Shown here piece by piece: positions 27,345-36,767 of a stretch of 64,000 nt of DNA. The stretch's first letter is position 1. Every line of letters begins with the position of its first letter. The notes under the pieces were generated by a model, which was given only the letters and a program-made list of their open reading frames with translations, was not told where the DNA came from and did not search any database. The position numbers and the translations under genes were made by a program. Source of the DNA: an uncultured Actinomycetota bacterium. GTDB lineage: Bacteria > Actinomycetota > Actinomycetes > Propionibacteriales > Nocardioidaceae. The DNA lies in NCBI GenBank assembly GCA_963844305.1, contig CAWJNT010000004.1, positions 2,956 through 66,955 on the forward strand, in the 5' to 3' direction.

Positions 27345-27377
27345 TCACTCACGGTCGGCTAGTACCCGACAGGTCCT

Positions 27378-27404
27378 TGACCCGCCCGAACTTCGGGCGG
27401 GTCA
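27378..27404. terminator. Perfect 13-bp hairpin between convergent genes
   Basis: tgacccgcccgaa-c-ttcgggcgggtca. Confidence 0.65.
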
Positions 27405-27411
27405 GTGCATC

Positions 27412-29802
27412 TCAGCCCACGTGGTCGACGACGCCACCGTGCGGCACGGTGATCGGCGCGGCCACCGTCGTGGTCCGGCGGGTCGTGCGCTGGCGGCCGA
27501 CCACCGACCGCGGCCACCACTCCGCCCGGCGCCGGGCGCGACGCGTGGCGCCGCCGTGCAGCGAGGCCACGACGGCCTGCAGGTCGGCGCGCAGCTGGTC
27601 GTCGTCACTCGCCGCGCCGTCGCGTGCGTAGCGCAGCCTCTCGAGTGACAGCACGATCCGGTCCAGTGCGAGCACCGCCTCGGGGGCGACGTCCGCACCG
27701 TGCCGGGGGCGTTCGGGAGTCTCCCGGTCGACCGGAGCGCCGAGGTAGTCGACCAGGCGGTCGCGGGTCTCGCGGGGCGAGCGGCCCTCCGGCCACGGCA
27801 CCCGCAGGTCGATCGCGGTGTCCCGCAGCTCGGCCCAGGCGGCCTCCGGTCCCGCGTCGACCCGGGCGTGGGAACGCCGTCGGCGCAGGGTCCGCGGGAC
27901 CAGCAGCCCGGCGATGGCGGCCAGGCCGGCCGCGGTGCCTCCGCCCACCGGCCACCACGGGAAGCCCGCATCGTTCTGCTGGTCGTCCGCCGCGGCCGCG
28001 GGGTCCTGCGGCTGGGCGGTCGCGGTCGGCCCGCGGCTGGGCAGCAGGTCGTCGGTGGCGCTGTTGCTCGGCCCGCTCGGCCCGCCGGGATTGGCGATCT
28101 CCTCGGTCGTGTAGTCGGGTACGCCGCTGGCCCGGCGCGACGGCGTGGGCTCGAACCGGACCCATCCCGAGCCCGGGAAGAACAGCTCGGGCCAGGCGTG
28201 CAGGTCCCACGCGGTGTACTCCCACGTCTGGTTGCCGATCTGGTCGGGCTCGAGGAACCCGACGGCGACCCGTGCCGGGATGCCGGCCGCCCGCGCCATC
28301 ACGGCCATCGCGGAGGCGAACTGCTCGCAGTAGCCGGTGCGCCCGCCGTCGCCCTCGCGGAGGAAGCGGACCAGGTCGTCGGTGCCGTTGCCGGCCTCGG
28401 CATCCAGGTCGTAGGTGAAGCCGCCGGTCTCCCGGAACCACTCCTGCAGGGCCTGGGCCTTCTCCAGTCGGCTCGGCGAGTCCTCGGTGACCTCCAGCGT
28501 CAGCGCCCGCACCACCTCCGGCAGCTCGTCGGGGAGCTCGGTGAAGTCCTCGGAGACCTGGCCCCCCGTGGCGGGGGCACGCGCCATCGACTCGGCGGAG
28601 AGGTCGAGGTCGACACCGGTCATCGAGTAGCTGATGTCCTCGGTCGTCAGGTCCTGGTCCCCGGAGAGGAAGTCCATGGTCGCGAGGTCGTAGCGCCAGT
28701 CACCGGGCGCCGTGATCTGGCTGACCGGCGACTGGGTGGGCAGCCAGATCGACTCGAAGTCGTCGCCGATCGTGACGTCGTAGCGGTACTCGGTCCGCGG
28801 CACGCTGTCGGCCACCCCGACCAGCGGCGGCATCGCGCCGTTCGCGAGCTGGTCGGTCGGTACGTCGCGGTCGCCCGAGCTCCACTCGTTCTCCGAGAAC
28901 CTGTTGAGCACCGAGATCCGCAGGTAGCCCGGGTCCGGGTCGGAGGTGCGAATCCGCATGAGCGGGATGTCGTCGCCGCGCTGCAGGTCGCGGCGCAGGT
29001 CGGTCATCGGGTTCTCGATGCGGATGTCGTCGCCGCCGGGTCCGCTGCCACCCGGCAGCAGCGCCAGGCCGAGGGTCGGGATGAAGATCGGGAGGATCAC
29101 CGCGAGCGCGGTGGTGACCCCGCCGATGGTGCCGGCCGTCGCCCGGACGGCACCGGTGCGCACCGAGAACCCGGCGGGATCGGAGGCCTCGTCACTGCCC
29201 AGCGGTCGGCCCCAGCGGACCAGCTGGTCGTTGACCTGGAGGAAGAGCATCAACATGAACCCGCCGGCGGTGAGCGCGAACACCCACCAGGACACACCGT
29301 CCTCGAGCATGCTCACCGGGACGCTGTAGATCGCCAGCAGCGGCAGCCCCGCCAGTGGCACCCGGCGCAGCGTGCAGGCCAGGACGTCCACGAGGAGCAG
29401 GCACGCGAGACCGCCGGCGATGAAGAACGCGTAGACGCCACCGTCGGCGTGCTCCGGGACCGGCGGGGCGTACCGCTGGGCCACGTTCGAGGCGTCGGTG
29501 AAGGTCTGCTGGAGCTCCGTCCAGGCTCCGCCGACCGGGATCGGGGAGCCGCTGAGCATCAGGCTGGCGAGCATGCCTGCCAGCGCGACCTGGAGGAGCA
29601 CGACGAGGGGGGCGGCGACCCGCGCCCAGCGGGCGACCGCGCCGGTGACGGCGACGACGACGGCGAGCACGAGCAGCGGACCGAGGTAGAGCGACGACCC
29701 GTCGGTGAAGCCGCGCCACGAGAACGTCGCGACCCAGGTGGTGCCGGCGGCCGCGGCGGCCGAGGCCAGCGCGGCCGGCAGTCCGCCACGCAGCCGGCTC
29801 AC
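27412..29802 (-). CDS. Membrane transglutaminase-like protein (DUF3488 + transglutaminase, TgpA-like)
   Basis: N-terminal TM bundle, GYCEQFASAM (Cys), RVAVGF, HAWPEL (His), GWVRFEPTP; GTG overlaps the DUF58 stop. Confidence 0.88.
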   Translation of the reverse strand: MSRLRGGLPAALASAAAAAGTTWVATFSWRGFTDGSSLYLGPLLVLAVVVAVTGAVARWARVAAPLVVLLQVALAGMLASLMLSGSPIPVGGAWTELQQTFTDASNVAQRYAPPVPEHADGGVYAFFIAGGLACLLLVDVLACTLRRVPLAGLPLLAIYSVPVSMLEDGVSWWVFALTAGGFMLMLFLQVNDQLVRWGRPLGSDEASDPAGFSVRTGAVRATAGTIGGVTTALAVILPIFIPTLGLALLPGGSGPGGDDIRIENPMTDLRRDLQRGDDIPLMRIRTSDPDPGYLRISVLNRFSENEWSSGDRDVPTDQLANGAMPPLVGVADSVPRTEYRYDVTIGDDFESIWLPTQSPVSQITAPGDWRYDLATMDFLSGDQDLTTEDISYSMTGVDLDLSAESMARAPATGGQVSEDFTELPDELPEVVRALTLEVTEDSPSRLEKAQALQEWFRETGGFTYDLDAEAGNGTDDLVRFLREGDGGRTGYCEQFASAMAVMARAAGIPARVAVGFLEPDQIGNQTWEYTAWDLHAWPELFFPGSGWVRFEPTPSRRASGVPDYTTEEIANPGGPSGPSNSATDDLLPSRGPTATAQPQDPAAAADDQQNDAGFPWWPVGGGTAAGLAAIAGLLVPRTLRRRRSHARVDAGPEAAWAELRDTAIDLRVPWPEGRSPRETRDRLVDYLGAPVDRETPERPRHGADVAPEAVLALDRIVLSLERLRYARDGAASDDDQLRADLQAVVASLHGGATRRARRRAEWWPRSVVGRQRTTRRTTTVAAPITVPHGGVVDHVG

Positions 29803-31079
29803 CGGACGACCTCCTCGGGGTGCGGTGCGGCCCGCCCGGTGCGCGAGACGTGGGGGGCGCTGCGCGCGAGGTCCGTCCACACGTTGTCGAGCCGGTCGCG
29901 CGGACCCAGGGGCACCGCCCGCCATCCCTGGCGGGTCAGCACCGACGCGGCGGCGTCGGTCTCGGGCGCGCCGATCCACTGGTCGACGTCGAGGGCGAGC
30001 GCGAGGGAGGCGCCGGCGTGGTGCTGCATCCGCCGCAGCACGGGTACGTCGTGGGGCTCCACGTGGCCGACCACGGCGACCAGCAGTCCGCCGTGGGCGG
30101 GCTCGGCCAGCCAGTCGGTCTCGATCCGCGGCTGGGAGATCGACTGGACGACGGCCAGGGCCTCGAGCAGCGGACCGGTGTTGAGCTCGGCGTCGCGGGA
30201 GTGCCAGGCACTGTTGGGGTCCTCGCCGGACGCCGTGACCAGCCGCACCGTGAAGCCCCGGTGGCTCAGGTGCACCGCGATCGAGGCCACGGCGGAGACC
30301 GCCGCCTCGAGCGAGGAGGCGATGCCCTGGCCGCGGTGGGCACGGTGCCGGTTGTCGAGGAAGAGCGTGGCCCGCGACTGCCAGGGCTGCTCCTCGCGGC
30401 GCACCATCAGCTCGCCGAGCCGGGCCGAGGAACGCCAGTGCACGCGCCGCAGCTCGTCGCCGCGGCGGTACTCGCGCACCGTGACGTCCTCGGCGCTGCC
30501 CATCGCGAACGCGCGCGGCCGGTTGTCACCCGAGCCGGTCCAGGCGCCGCCGAGCGGCACGTTCGGCAGCGGGACGGTGCGGGGGGTGACGGTGAGCGGG
30601 ACGGTGGTGCGGAAGGCCCGGCCGAGCTCGACCATGCCGAACGGGTCGCTGACCCGGACCGTCATCGGCCCGATCTCGAACTTGCCGCGTACGTCGGAGC
30701 GCACCTGGTAGGTGACGTGGCGACGCCATCCGTGGCCGATGCCCTCCAGCACGAACCGCGGGCGGGTGCCGAGGACGTAGGGCACGTGGTCCTCGAGCAG
30801 CAGCACGCCGCTCGGTGTGCGGCCCTCGTTGGTGAGGGAGAGGTTGACCCGCGCCGGCTGGCCGGCGGTGACCAGCTGCGGGTTGACCGTGCGTACGAGC
30901 GCCAGCCGGTAGCGGCTGCGGCCGAGCACGAACGCGGTGACGATCGGCAGCGCGGTGACCAGCACGCCGACCCGGGTCATCGCCGGCTGGCCGAGGATGA
31001 TCGCGCAGACCATGGCGGTGACGCCCGCGGCCACGAAGGCCCGGCCCCGGACGGTCAGACCGGCGAGTGCCTCACGCAC
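29799..31079 (-). CDS. DUF58 domain protein
   Basis: VREYRRGDELRRVHWRSSARLGELMVRREE, LFLDNR. Confidence 0.9.
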   Translation of the reverse strand: MREALAGLTVRGRAFVAAGVTAMVCAIILGQPAMTRVGVLVTALPIVTAFVLGRSRYRLALVRTVNPQLVTAGQPARVNLSLTNEGRTPSGVLLLEDHVPYVLGTRPRFVLEGIGHGWRRHVTYQVRSDVRGKFEIGPMTVRVSDPFGMVELGRAFRTTVPLTVTPRTVPLPNVPLGGAWTGSGDNRPRAFAMGSAEDVTVREYRRGDELRRVHWRSSARLGELMVRREEQPWQSRATLFLDNRHRAHRGQGIASSLEAAVSAVASIAVHLSHRGFTVRLVTASGEDPNSAWHSRDAELNTGPLLEALAVVQSISQPRIETDWLAEPAHGGLLVAVVGHVEPHDVPVLRRMQHHAGASLALALDVDQWIGAPETDAAASVLTRQGWRAVPLGPRDRLDNVWTDLARSAPHVSRTGRAAPHPEEVVR

Positions 31080-31126
31080 CTGGTCTCCTCAGTTCTGGCG
31101 CCGGCGACGGCGTCGGTCGTGGACGG

Positions 31127-32104
31127 TCAGGGCCGTCCGCCCTCCGGCACCGGCACCTGCTCGAGCACGGCTTCGAGGATGGTGGTGGTGCTGCGCCCGC
31201 TCATCGCCGCCTCGACGCTCGGCAGCAACCGGTGCGCGAGCACCGGCTGCGCGAGCTGGCGTACGTCGTCGGGCAGGACGTAGTCGCGCCCCGCGATCGC
31301 CGCCTTGGCCTTGGCGGCGCGCACGAGGTGCAGCGTGGAGCGCGGCGAGGCGCCCAGCGTGAGCTCGCCCGAGCGGCGCGTGGCGGAGGTGAGCGCGACG
31401 GTGTAGCGCTGCACCGCCTCGGACACGTAGACCTGACCGACGATCCCGATCAGCTTGCGGATCTCCGCGGCGTCGGCGACCGGCTCGAGGTCGTCGAGCG
31501 GGACGCCGGCGGTGTGCGAGTTGAGCATCGCGATCTCGGCCGCCTCGACCGGGTAGCCGACCGAGACCCGCGCCATGAACCGGTCGCGCTGCGCCTCGGG
31601 GAGTGCGTAGGTGCCCTCCATCTCGATCGGGTTCTGGGTCGCGATCACCATGAACGGCGTCTCGAGGTAGTACGTCGAGTTGTCGACGGTGACCTGGCGC
31701 TCCTCCATGCACTCGAGCAGGGCCGACTGCGTCTTGGGCGACGCGCGGTTGATCTCGTCACCGACCACGATGTTGGCGAAGATGCCGCCGGGCCGGAACT
31801 CGAACTCCCGGGTGTTCTGGTTGAACACCGAGACGCCGGTGACGTCGGAGGGCAGCAGGTCGGGTGTGAACTGGATCCGCCGGACCGAGCAGTCGATGCT
31901 GCGGGCGAGCGCCTTGCTGAGCATCGTCTTGCCGACGCCCGGCACGTCCTCGATGAGGAGGTGGCCCTCCGCGAGGAGCACGACCAGGCTGGAGTTGACC
32001 ACGTCGGGCTTGCCCTCGATCACCCGCTCGACGTTCGCGCGCACGCGGCCGACGACACGCGCCAGCGTCTCCAGGTCAGCCCCACCAGCACTGTGAGTTC
32101 CCAC
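31127..32104 (-). CDS. moxR: MoxR-family AAA+ ATPase
   Basis: EDVPGVGKT, RIQFTPDLLPSDVTG, DEINRASPKTQSALLE, TQNPIEMEGTYALPEAQRDRF, GASPR. Confidence 0.92.
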   Translation of the reverse strand: MGTHSAGGADLETLARVVGRVRANVERVIEGKPDVVNSSLVVLLAEGHLLIEDVPGVGKTMLSKALARSIDCSVRRIQFTPDLLPSDVTGVSVFNQNTREFEFRPGGIFANIVVGDEINRASPKTQSALLECMEERQVTVDNSTYYLETPFMVIATQNPIEMEGTYALPEAQRDRFMARVSVGYPVEAAEIAMLNSHTAGVPLDDLEPVADAAEIRKLIGIVGQVYVSEAVQRYTVALTSATRRSGELTLGASPRSTLHLVRAAKAKAAIAGRDYVLPDDVRQLAQPVLAHRLLPSVEAAMSGRSTTTILEAVLEQVPVPEGGRP

Positions 32105-32259
32105 GCCCCGCCCTTCCCTCTTCTCCCTGGCACACCCTGGGTCGCGTCACGCGGACCGACACCCGCGCCACGACTGCCTCAACCGTAGGCGGTTCGGAAA
32201 ACCTACGCGTCCCTTCCGCGCCACGTTCGACTCCCCGGGTCACGGTTTGGTTTCGGTCC

Positions 32260-32318
32260 CCACCGGACGCCCCACTTTCCTCCACCGCCGGTGCCGATTC
32301 TCCCCACTGACGCTCCAC
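32260..32318 (-). promoter_or_regulatory. Second array of MraZ-box-like GTGG repeats on the minus strand
   Basis: CCAC at 32260, 32272, 32282, 32304, 32315 (spacing 10-12 or about twice that); shares gtggaggaa and gtggggcg with the plus-strand array. Confidence 0.5.
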
Positions 32319-32443
32319 CGCGCACCCCCCAGTCCGATGACACGGCGCTGACCTGCGGAAACCCGCGAAGCCAAGCGCCGGTGCCGAGGTCGGCGTACCG
32401 GCGGGAGCGGGCCAAATCCGCCGTCGAAACACGGCAAAGATGG

Positions 32444-32490
32444 TTGACGGTGGTGCAAAGTGGGTTAGAGTGGGGCGCAGTGGAGGAAGG
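32444..32490 (+). promoter_or_regulatory. dcw (mraZ) promoter with MraZ binding repeats
   Basis: TTGACG 32444-32449, TAGAGT 32466-32471; GTGG at 32450, 32460, 32470, 32480 (exact 10-bp period). Confidence 0.8.
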
Positions 32491-32528
32491 GTCCGAAATC
32501 GACGGGCCAGGGGAGCGGGAGGTGCCCG

Positions 32529-32960
32529 ATGTTCTTCATGGGCACCTACACCCCGAAGCTCGACGAGAAGGGACGCCTCTTCCTCCCGGCGAAGTTCAGG
32601 GACCAGCTCGCGGAGGGGCTCGTGGTGACCAGGGGACAGGAGTTCTGCCTGACCGTCTGGCCCACGGCTGCGTTCGAGGAGCTGGCCCGGCGGGCTCAGG
32701 AAGCACCGGTCACCGTCAAGGCGGCCCGCGACTACACCCGCTTCCTCTTCGCCGGCGCGACGGACGAGAAGCCGGACAAGCAGGGCCGGATCACGATCCC
32801 GCCGATGCTGCGCGAGTACGCCGCGCTCAGCAAGGACGTGGTCGTGATCGGCGTGATGAACCGGGTCGAGATCTGGGATGTCGCGAGGTGGCAGGAGTAC
32901 TCGGCGGCCGGCGAGTCGGCCTTCTCGGAGCTGAGCGAAGAAGTCTTCCCCGGGGTCTAG
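32529..32960 (+). CDS. mraZ: Division/cell wall cluster transcriptional repressor MraZ
   Basis: [39 protein letters not shown]. Confidence 0.97.
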   Translation: MFFMGTYTPKLDEKGRLFLPAKFRDQLAEGLVVTRGQEFCLTVWPTAAFEELARRAQEAPVTVKAARDYTRFLFAGATDEKPDKQGRITIPPMLREYAALSKDVVVIGVMNRVEIWDVARWQEYSAAGESAFSELSEEVFPGV

Positions 32961-32995
32961 CCCCACGACGCGAACAGCACGACACAACTGAACAG

Positions 32996-33144
32996 CGGAT
33001 TCGCCGGACGAGGTCTCGCGCCCGCTCCCTTGATCGACATCTGGGGCACCTTCCCCGGTTCCAGAGGTCGACTTCCCAAACGGCGCCCCATTTGACGGGG
33101 GCTCCCCATGAGGGAGCGGGCAGGGACCTGGCCCGGCGAATCCG
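32996..33144 (+). ncRNA. mraW RNA motif (long actinobacterial hairpin upstream of rsmH)
   Basis: cggattcgccgg/ccggcgaatccg, aggtc/gacct, gcccgctccct/agggagcgggc and tcgac..tctgg/ccaga..gtcga stems closing a loop with CTTCCCC (33050-33056). Confidence 0.75.
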
Positions 33145-33187
33145 TTGCACACCTGCAACCAACGCTCTTCTAGTGGGGTCGAGACCG

Positions 33188-33358
33188 ATGAGCATCACGC
33201 CAGCCACACCCGGCGTACCCGGCGTACCGGGCGTCCCAGCGGCCGTACGCCGGGTCCGCCACCAGGCCCGCGACGCGGCCGCCGTGATGGCGTTCTCGGC
33301 GGCGACCTCGGTCGGTGTGGCGGCGGTCCTCCTCGTCCTCGCGTCCCTGGCTCGCTAG
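33188..33358 (+). CDS. 56-aa small membrane protein between the mraW RNA and rsmH
   Basis: MSITPATPGVPGVPGVPAAVRRVRHQARDAAAVMAFSAATSVGVAAVLLVLASLAR; single C-terminal TM. Confidence 0.55.
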   Translation: MSITPATPGVPGVPGVPAAVRRVRHQARDAAAVMAFSAATSVGVAAVLLVLASLAR

Positions 33359-33367
33359 GTCGAGTCG

Positions 33368-34330
33368 ATGGCCAGCCCCCACCACGTCCCGGTCCTCCTC
33401 GACCGGGTCGTCGCTCTTCTGACGCCCGCCCTCGAGCACGAGGGCGCGGTGATGGTCGACTGCACGCTCGGCCTCGGCGGGCACACCGAGGCCGTGCTGA
33501 CGAGCTGCGGCCTGGCCCGGGTGATCGGCATCGACCGCGACCCCGCGGCCCTGGAGGTCGCCGGCGAGCGGCTCCGCGACTTCGGCGACCGGTTCACCGG
33601 CGTCCACGCCGTGTACGACGAGCTCGGCGACGTGCTGGAGGACCTCGGCCTCGACGCGGTGGACGCGGTGCTGTTCGACCTCGGCGTCTCCTCGATGCAG
33701 CTCGACCTCCGCGAGCGCGGTTTCGCGTACGCCGAGGACGCGCCCCTCGACATGCGGATGGACGGCAGCACCGGCCAGACCGCAGCCGACGTGCTCAACA
33801 CCTACTCGGCGCCCGAGCTGACCCGGGTCCTCAGGGAGTACGGCGAGGAGCGGTTCGCGCGCAAGATCGCCGCGGCCATCGTGCGGGAGCGCGAGCGGGA
33901 GCCGTTCACCACCTCGGCCCGCCTCGTCGACCTGCTGTACGCCGAGATCCCGGCCCCCGCGCGGCGTACCGGCGGCCACCCCGCGAAGCGCACCTTCCAG
34001 GCGCTGCGGATGGAGGTCAACGACGAGCTGGCCGTGCTCCGCCGCGCCATCCCCGCCGCCATCGACGCCATCGCCGTCGGCGGTCGGGTGGTCGTGGAGG
34101 CCTACCACTCGCTGGAGGACCGGCTCGTCAAGCAGGCGTTCACCCGGGCCACCGCGAGCACCGTCCCCGACGACCTGCCGTTCGTGCCCGCCGGCAGCGA
34201 GCCCGCCCTGCGCCTGGTGACCAGGGGCGCCGAGAAGGCCGGCCAGGCCGAGATCGACCAGAACCCGCGCGCCGCCTCGGTGCGGCTGCGCGCCATCGAA
34301 CGTGTCCGCGACGACCGAGGAGCAGCCTGA
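33368..34330 (+). CDS. rsmH: 16S rRNA m4C1402 methyltransferase
   Basis: [67 protein letters not shown]. Confidence 0.97.
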   Translation: MASPHHVPVLLDRVVALLTPALEHEGAVMVDCTLGLGGHTEAVLTSCGLARVIGIDRDPAALEVAGERLRDFGDRFTGVHAVYDELGDVLEDLGLDAVDAVLFDLGVSSMQLDLRERGFAYAEDAPLDMRMDGSTGQTAADVLNTYSAPELTRVLREYGEERFARKIAAAIVREREREPFTTSARLVDLLYAEIPAPARRTGGHPAKRTFQALRMEVNDELAVLRRAIPAAIDAIAVGGRVVVEAYHSLEDRLVKQAFTRATASTVPDDLPFVPAGSEPALRLVTRGAEKAGQAEIDQNPRAASVRLRAIERVRDDRGAA

Positions 34331-34331
34331 C

Positions 34332-34907
34332 ATGAGCACCCCCGCCCTCCAGCTGCGTTCGCGCGTGCCCCGGATCGCGGAGGCCGCCGTCGAACGCGCC
34401 CGCCTGACGGTGGTGCCCCGGCGCCGGACCTCGGCCGCCCGGATGCCGTTCGTGATGCTGGTCAGCCTGGTGCTCCTGCTCGGTGTGATCGGCCTGCTCC
34501 TCTTCAACACCTCGATGCAGCAGGCGGCGTTCGCCACCACGGCCCTCGAGCAGCAGGCCACCACGCTGTCCGCCCGCGAGCAGGCCCTGCAGATGGAGCT
34601 CGACGTCCTGCGCGACCCCCAGCACGTGGCCGAGCGCGCCCAGCAGATGGGCCTGGTCCAGCCGTGCGGATCCGCGACCCTGCGGCTCTCGGACGGCAAG
34701 GTGCTCGGCGAGCAGTGCGTTGCGTCTGCCGTGGGCGCGCTCCGCCTGCACGCCAGGCCGCCGGGCAAGCCGGCCATCTTGAACCCGCCCGTCCAGAAGG
34801 TCACCGTCGTCGGCGACACGGCCGCCGCCAGGGGCGCAACCTCGGACGGCCGCGGCCGAACTGAGGGTAGAAACGACCGCAACGGCAACCGCGGCAACCA
34901 GCGCTGA
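34332..34907 (+). CDS. ftsL: Cell division protein FtsL-like
   Basis: Position between rsmH and ftsI; single TM followed by a coiled coil ending LRDPQHVAERAQQMGLV. Confidence 0.7.
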   Translation: MSTPALQLRSRVPRIAEAAVERARLTVVPRRRTSAARMPFVMLVSLVLLLGVIGLLLFNTSMQQAAFATTALEQQATTLSAREQALQMELDVLRDPQHVAERAQQMGLVQPCGSATLRLSDGKVLGEQCVASAVGALRLHARPPGKPAILNPPVQKVTVVGDTAAARGATSDGRGRTEGRNDRNGNRGNQR

Positions 34908-34921
34908 GACCGGAGATCCCT

Positions 34922-36718
34922 GTGCGCCCCACCCGCCCGCTCGTGCGAGCAGGACGATCGCGTCGTCCTCCCCGACCGCGCGGCAGCCTGCGCGGATCAC
35001 CGCTGTTCCGGCTCAAGTTCGGCTTCCTGGTGATCGCCGTGGTGCTGTCGGTCTTCGGCGCCCGCCTGGTCCAGCTCCAGGGCGTCGACCCGAAGTCGTA
35101 CGCCGCGATGGCCGCGGCCGAGGGCATGGTCGAGGTCGACCTGCCCGCCGTCCGCGGCGACATCCTGGACCGCAACGGCGAGCCGATGGCCGCCTCGGTC
35201 GACGGGATGATGGTCGTCGCCGACCCGCTCATGACCACCGACCAGGCGCCGGAGCTCGCGAAGTTCCTGGCCAACCGGCTCGACGTCGACTACTTCAAGA
35301 TCCTCCCGCGGCTGCGCGAGGAGGGGAGCCGGTTCGAGTACATCGCCCGCCGGGTGCCCGCGACGCTGGCCACCAAGGTCGTCGACGAGGCGGAGAAGGC
35401 CGGCTTCAAGGGCCTCGACACCCGGCGCGACCCGGTCCGCGACTACCCGGCCGGCGACGTCGCCGCCAACATGATCGGCTTCATCGGCACCGACGAGGCG
35501 CTCGGCGGCTTCGAGCGCACCTTCGACAAGCAGCTCGCCGGCACCGACGGGTCGGCGAGGTACGCCGTCGGCGGCGGCAACCGGATCCCGCTCGGCGAGA
35601 GCACCGTCGTCGACCCCGTCGACGGCAACGACCTGCAGACCACGATCGACCTCGACCTGCAGTGGTACGCCCAGCGCGTCCTGCGCCAGACCGTCGAGGA
35701 CGCCCGCGCCGACTCCGGCTTCGCCGTCGTCGTGCACACCGAGACCGGCGAGATCATGGCCCTGGCCGACCACCCCACCTTCGACGCCAGCGACCCGCTG
35801 ACCTCGCGCAAGGCCGACCTCGGGTCGCGCGCGATGAGCGACGTCTTCGAGCCGGGCTCGGTCGAGAAGGCGCTGACCTTCAGCGCCCTCCTCGACGCCG
35901 GCAAGGTCACCCCCCGGACGCGAGTCCTGGTCCCGCCCGAGCTGCGCCGCGACGGGCACGTCATCGGCGACTGGTTCGACCACGGCCAGCTCCGGCTCAC
36001 GGTGGCCGGCGTCCTGGCGAAGTCCTCGAACATCGGCACGGTCCGGGCCGCCGACAAGTTCGGTCGCGGTGAGCTGCGGCGCTACCTCGACGGCTTCGGG
36101 CTCGGCCAGCGCACGGACATCGGCGTACGCGGCGAGAGCCAGGGCATCCTGCCCGACGACAGCGTGTGGAACAGCCTGCTGCAGGACCGGATCGCCTTCG
36201 GCCAGTCGCTCTCGGTCAACGCGGTGCAGATGGCCGCGGCCATCAACACCGTCGCCAACGGCGGGGTGCGCGTCTCGCCCAGCCTGATCCGCGGCTCCGC
36301 CACGACCGACGACGGCACCGTGGTCGGCACCGACTCGGCGACGACGCGACGGGTGGTCAGCGAGCAGGCAGCCCGTCAGACGATGCTGATGATGGAGCGC
36401 GTCGTCGACCCCGACGTCGGCATCGCGCCGGGTGCTGCCGTCCCGGGCTACCGCGTGGCCGGCAAGACCGGAACCGCCCAGCGCGTCGGCGACAAGTGCC
36501 AGTGCTACGACGGGACGTTCACGGTCTCCTTCGCGGGCTTCGCGCCGGCCGACGACCCGGAGTTCACGACGTACGTCGTGGTCCAGAACCCGCGCAACGG
36601 AGGGGGCGGCGGCAGCGTCGCCGGCCCGGCGTTCTCGAAGATCATGAGCTTCGCGCTGCGCCGCTACCAGGTGCCTCCGACCGGCACCAAGCCGTCCTCG
36701 CTCCCGGTCGAGTGGTGA
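34922..36718 (+). CDS. ftsI: Class B penicillin-binding protein FtsI (PBP3)
   Basis: RGDILDRNG, FEPGSVEK (SxxK), KSSN (SxN), GKTGTAQ (KTG). Confidence 0.95.
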   Translation: MRPTRPLVRAGRSRRPPRPRGSLRGSPLFRLKFGFLVIAVVLSVFGARLVQLQGVDPKSYAAMAAAEGMVEVDLPAVRGDILDRNGEPMAASVDGMMVVADPLMTTDQAPELAKFLANRLDVDYFKILPRLREEGSRFEYIARRVPATLATKVVDEAEKAGFKGLDTRRDPVRDYPAGDVAANMIGFIGTDEALGGFERTFDKQLAGTDGSARYAVGGGNRIPLGESTVVDPVDGNDLQTTIDLDLQWYAQRVLRQTVEDARADSGFAVVVHTETGEIMALADHPTFDASDPLTSRKADLGSRAMSDVFEPGSVEKALTFSALLDAGKVTPRTRVLVPPELRRDGHVIGDWFDHGQLRLTVAGVLAKSSNIGTVRAADKFGRGELRRYLDGFGLGQRTDIGVRGESQGILPDDSVWNSLLQDRIAFGQSLSVNAVQMAAAINTVANGGVRVSPSLIRGSATTDDGTVVGTDSATTRRVVSEQAARQTMLMMERVVDPDVGIAPGAAVPGYRVAGKTGTAQRVGDKCQCYDGTFTVSFAGFAPADDPEFTTYVVVQNPRNGGGGGSVAGPAFSKIMSFALRRYQVPPTGTKPSSLPVEW

Positions 36719-36767
36719 CCGTGCGGGTGGCCGCTGGCACCCGCAGGGCCAGCGGTAACCTCGCGGC

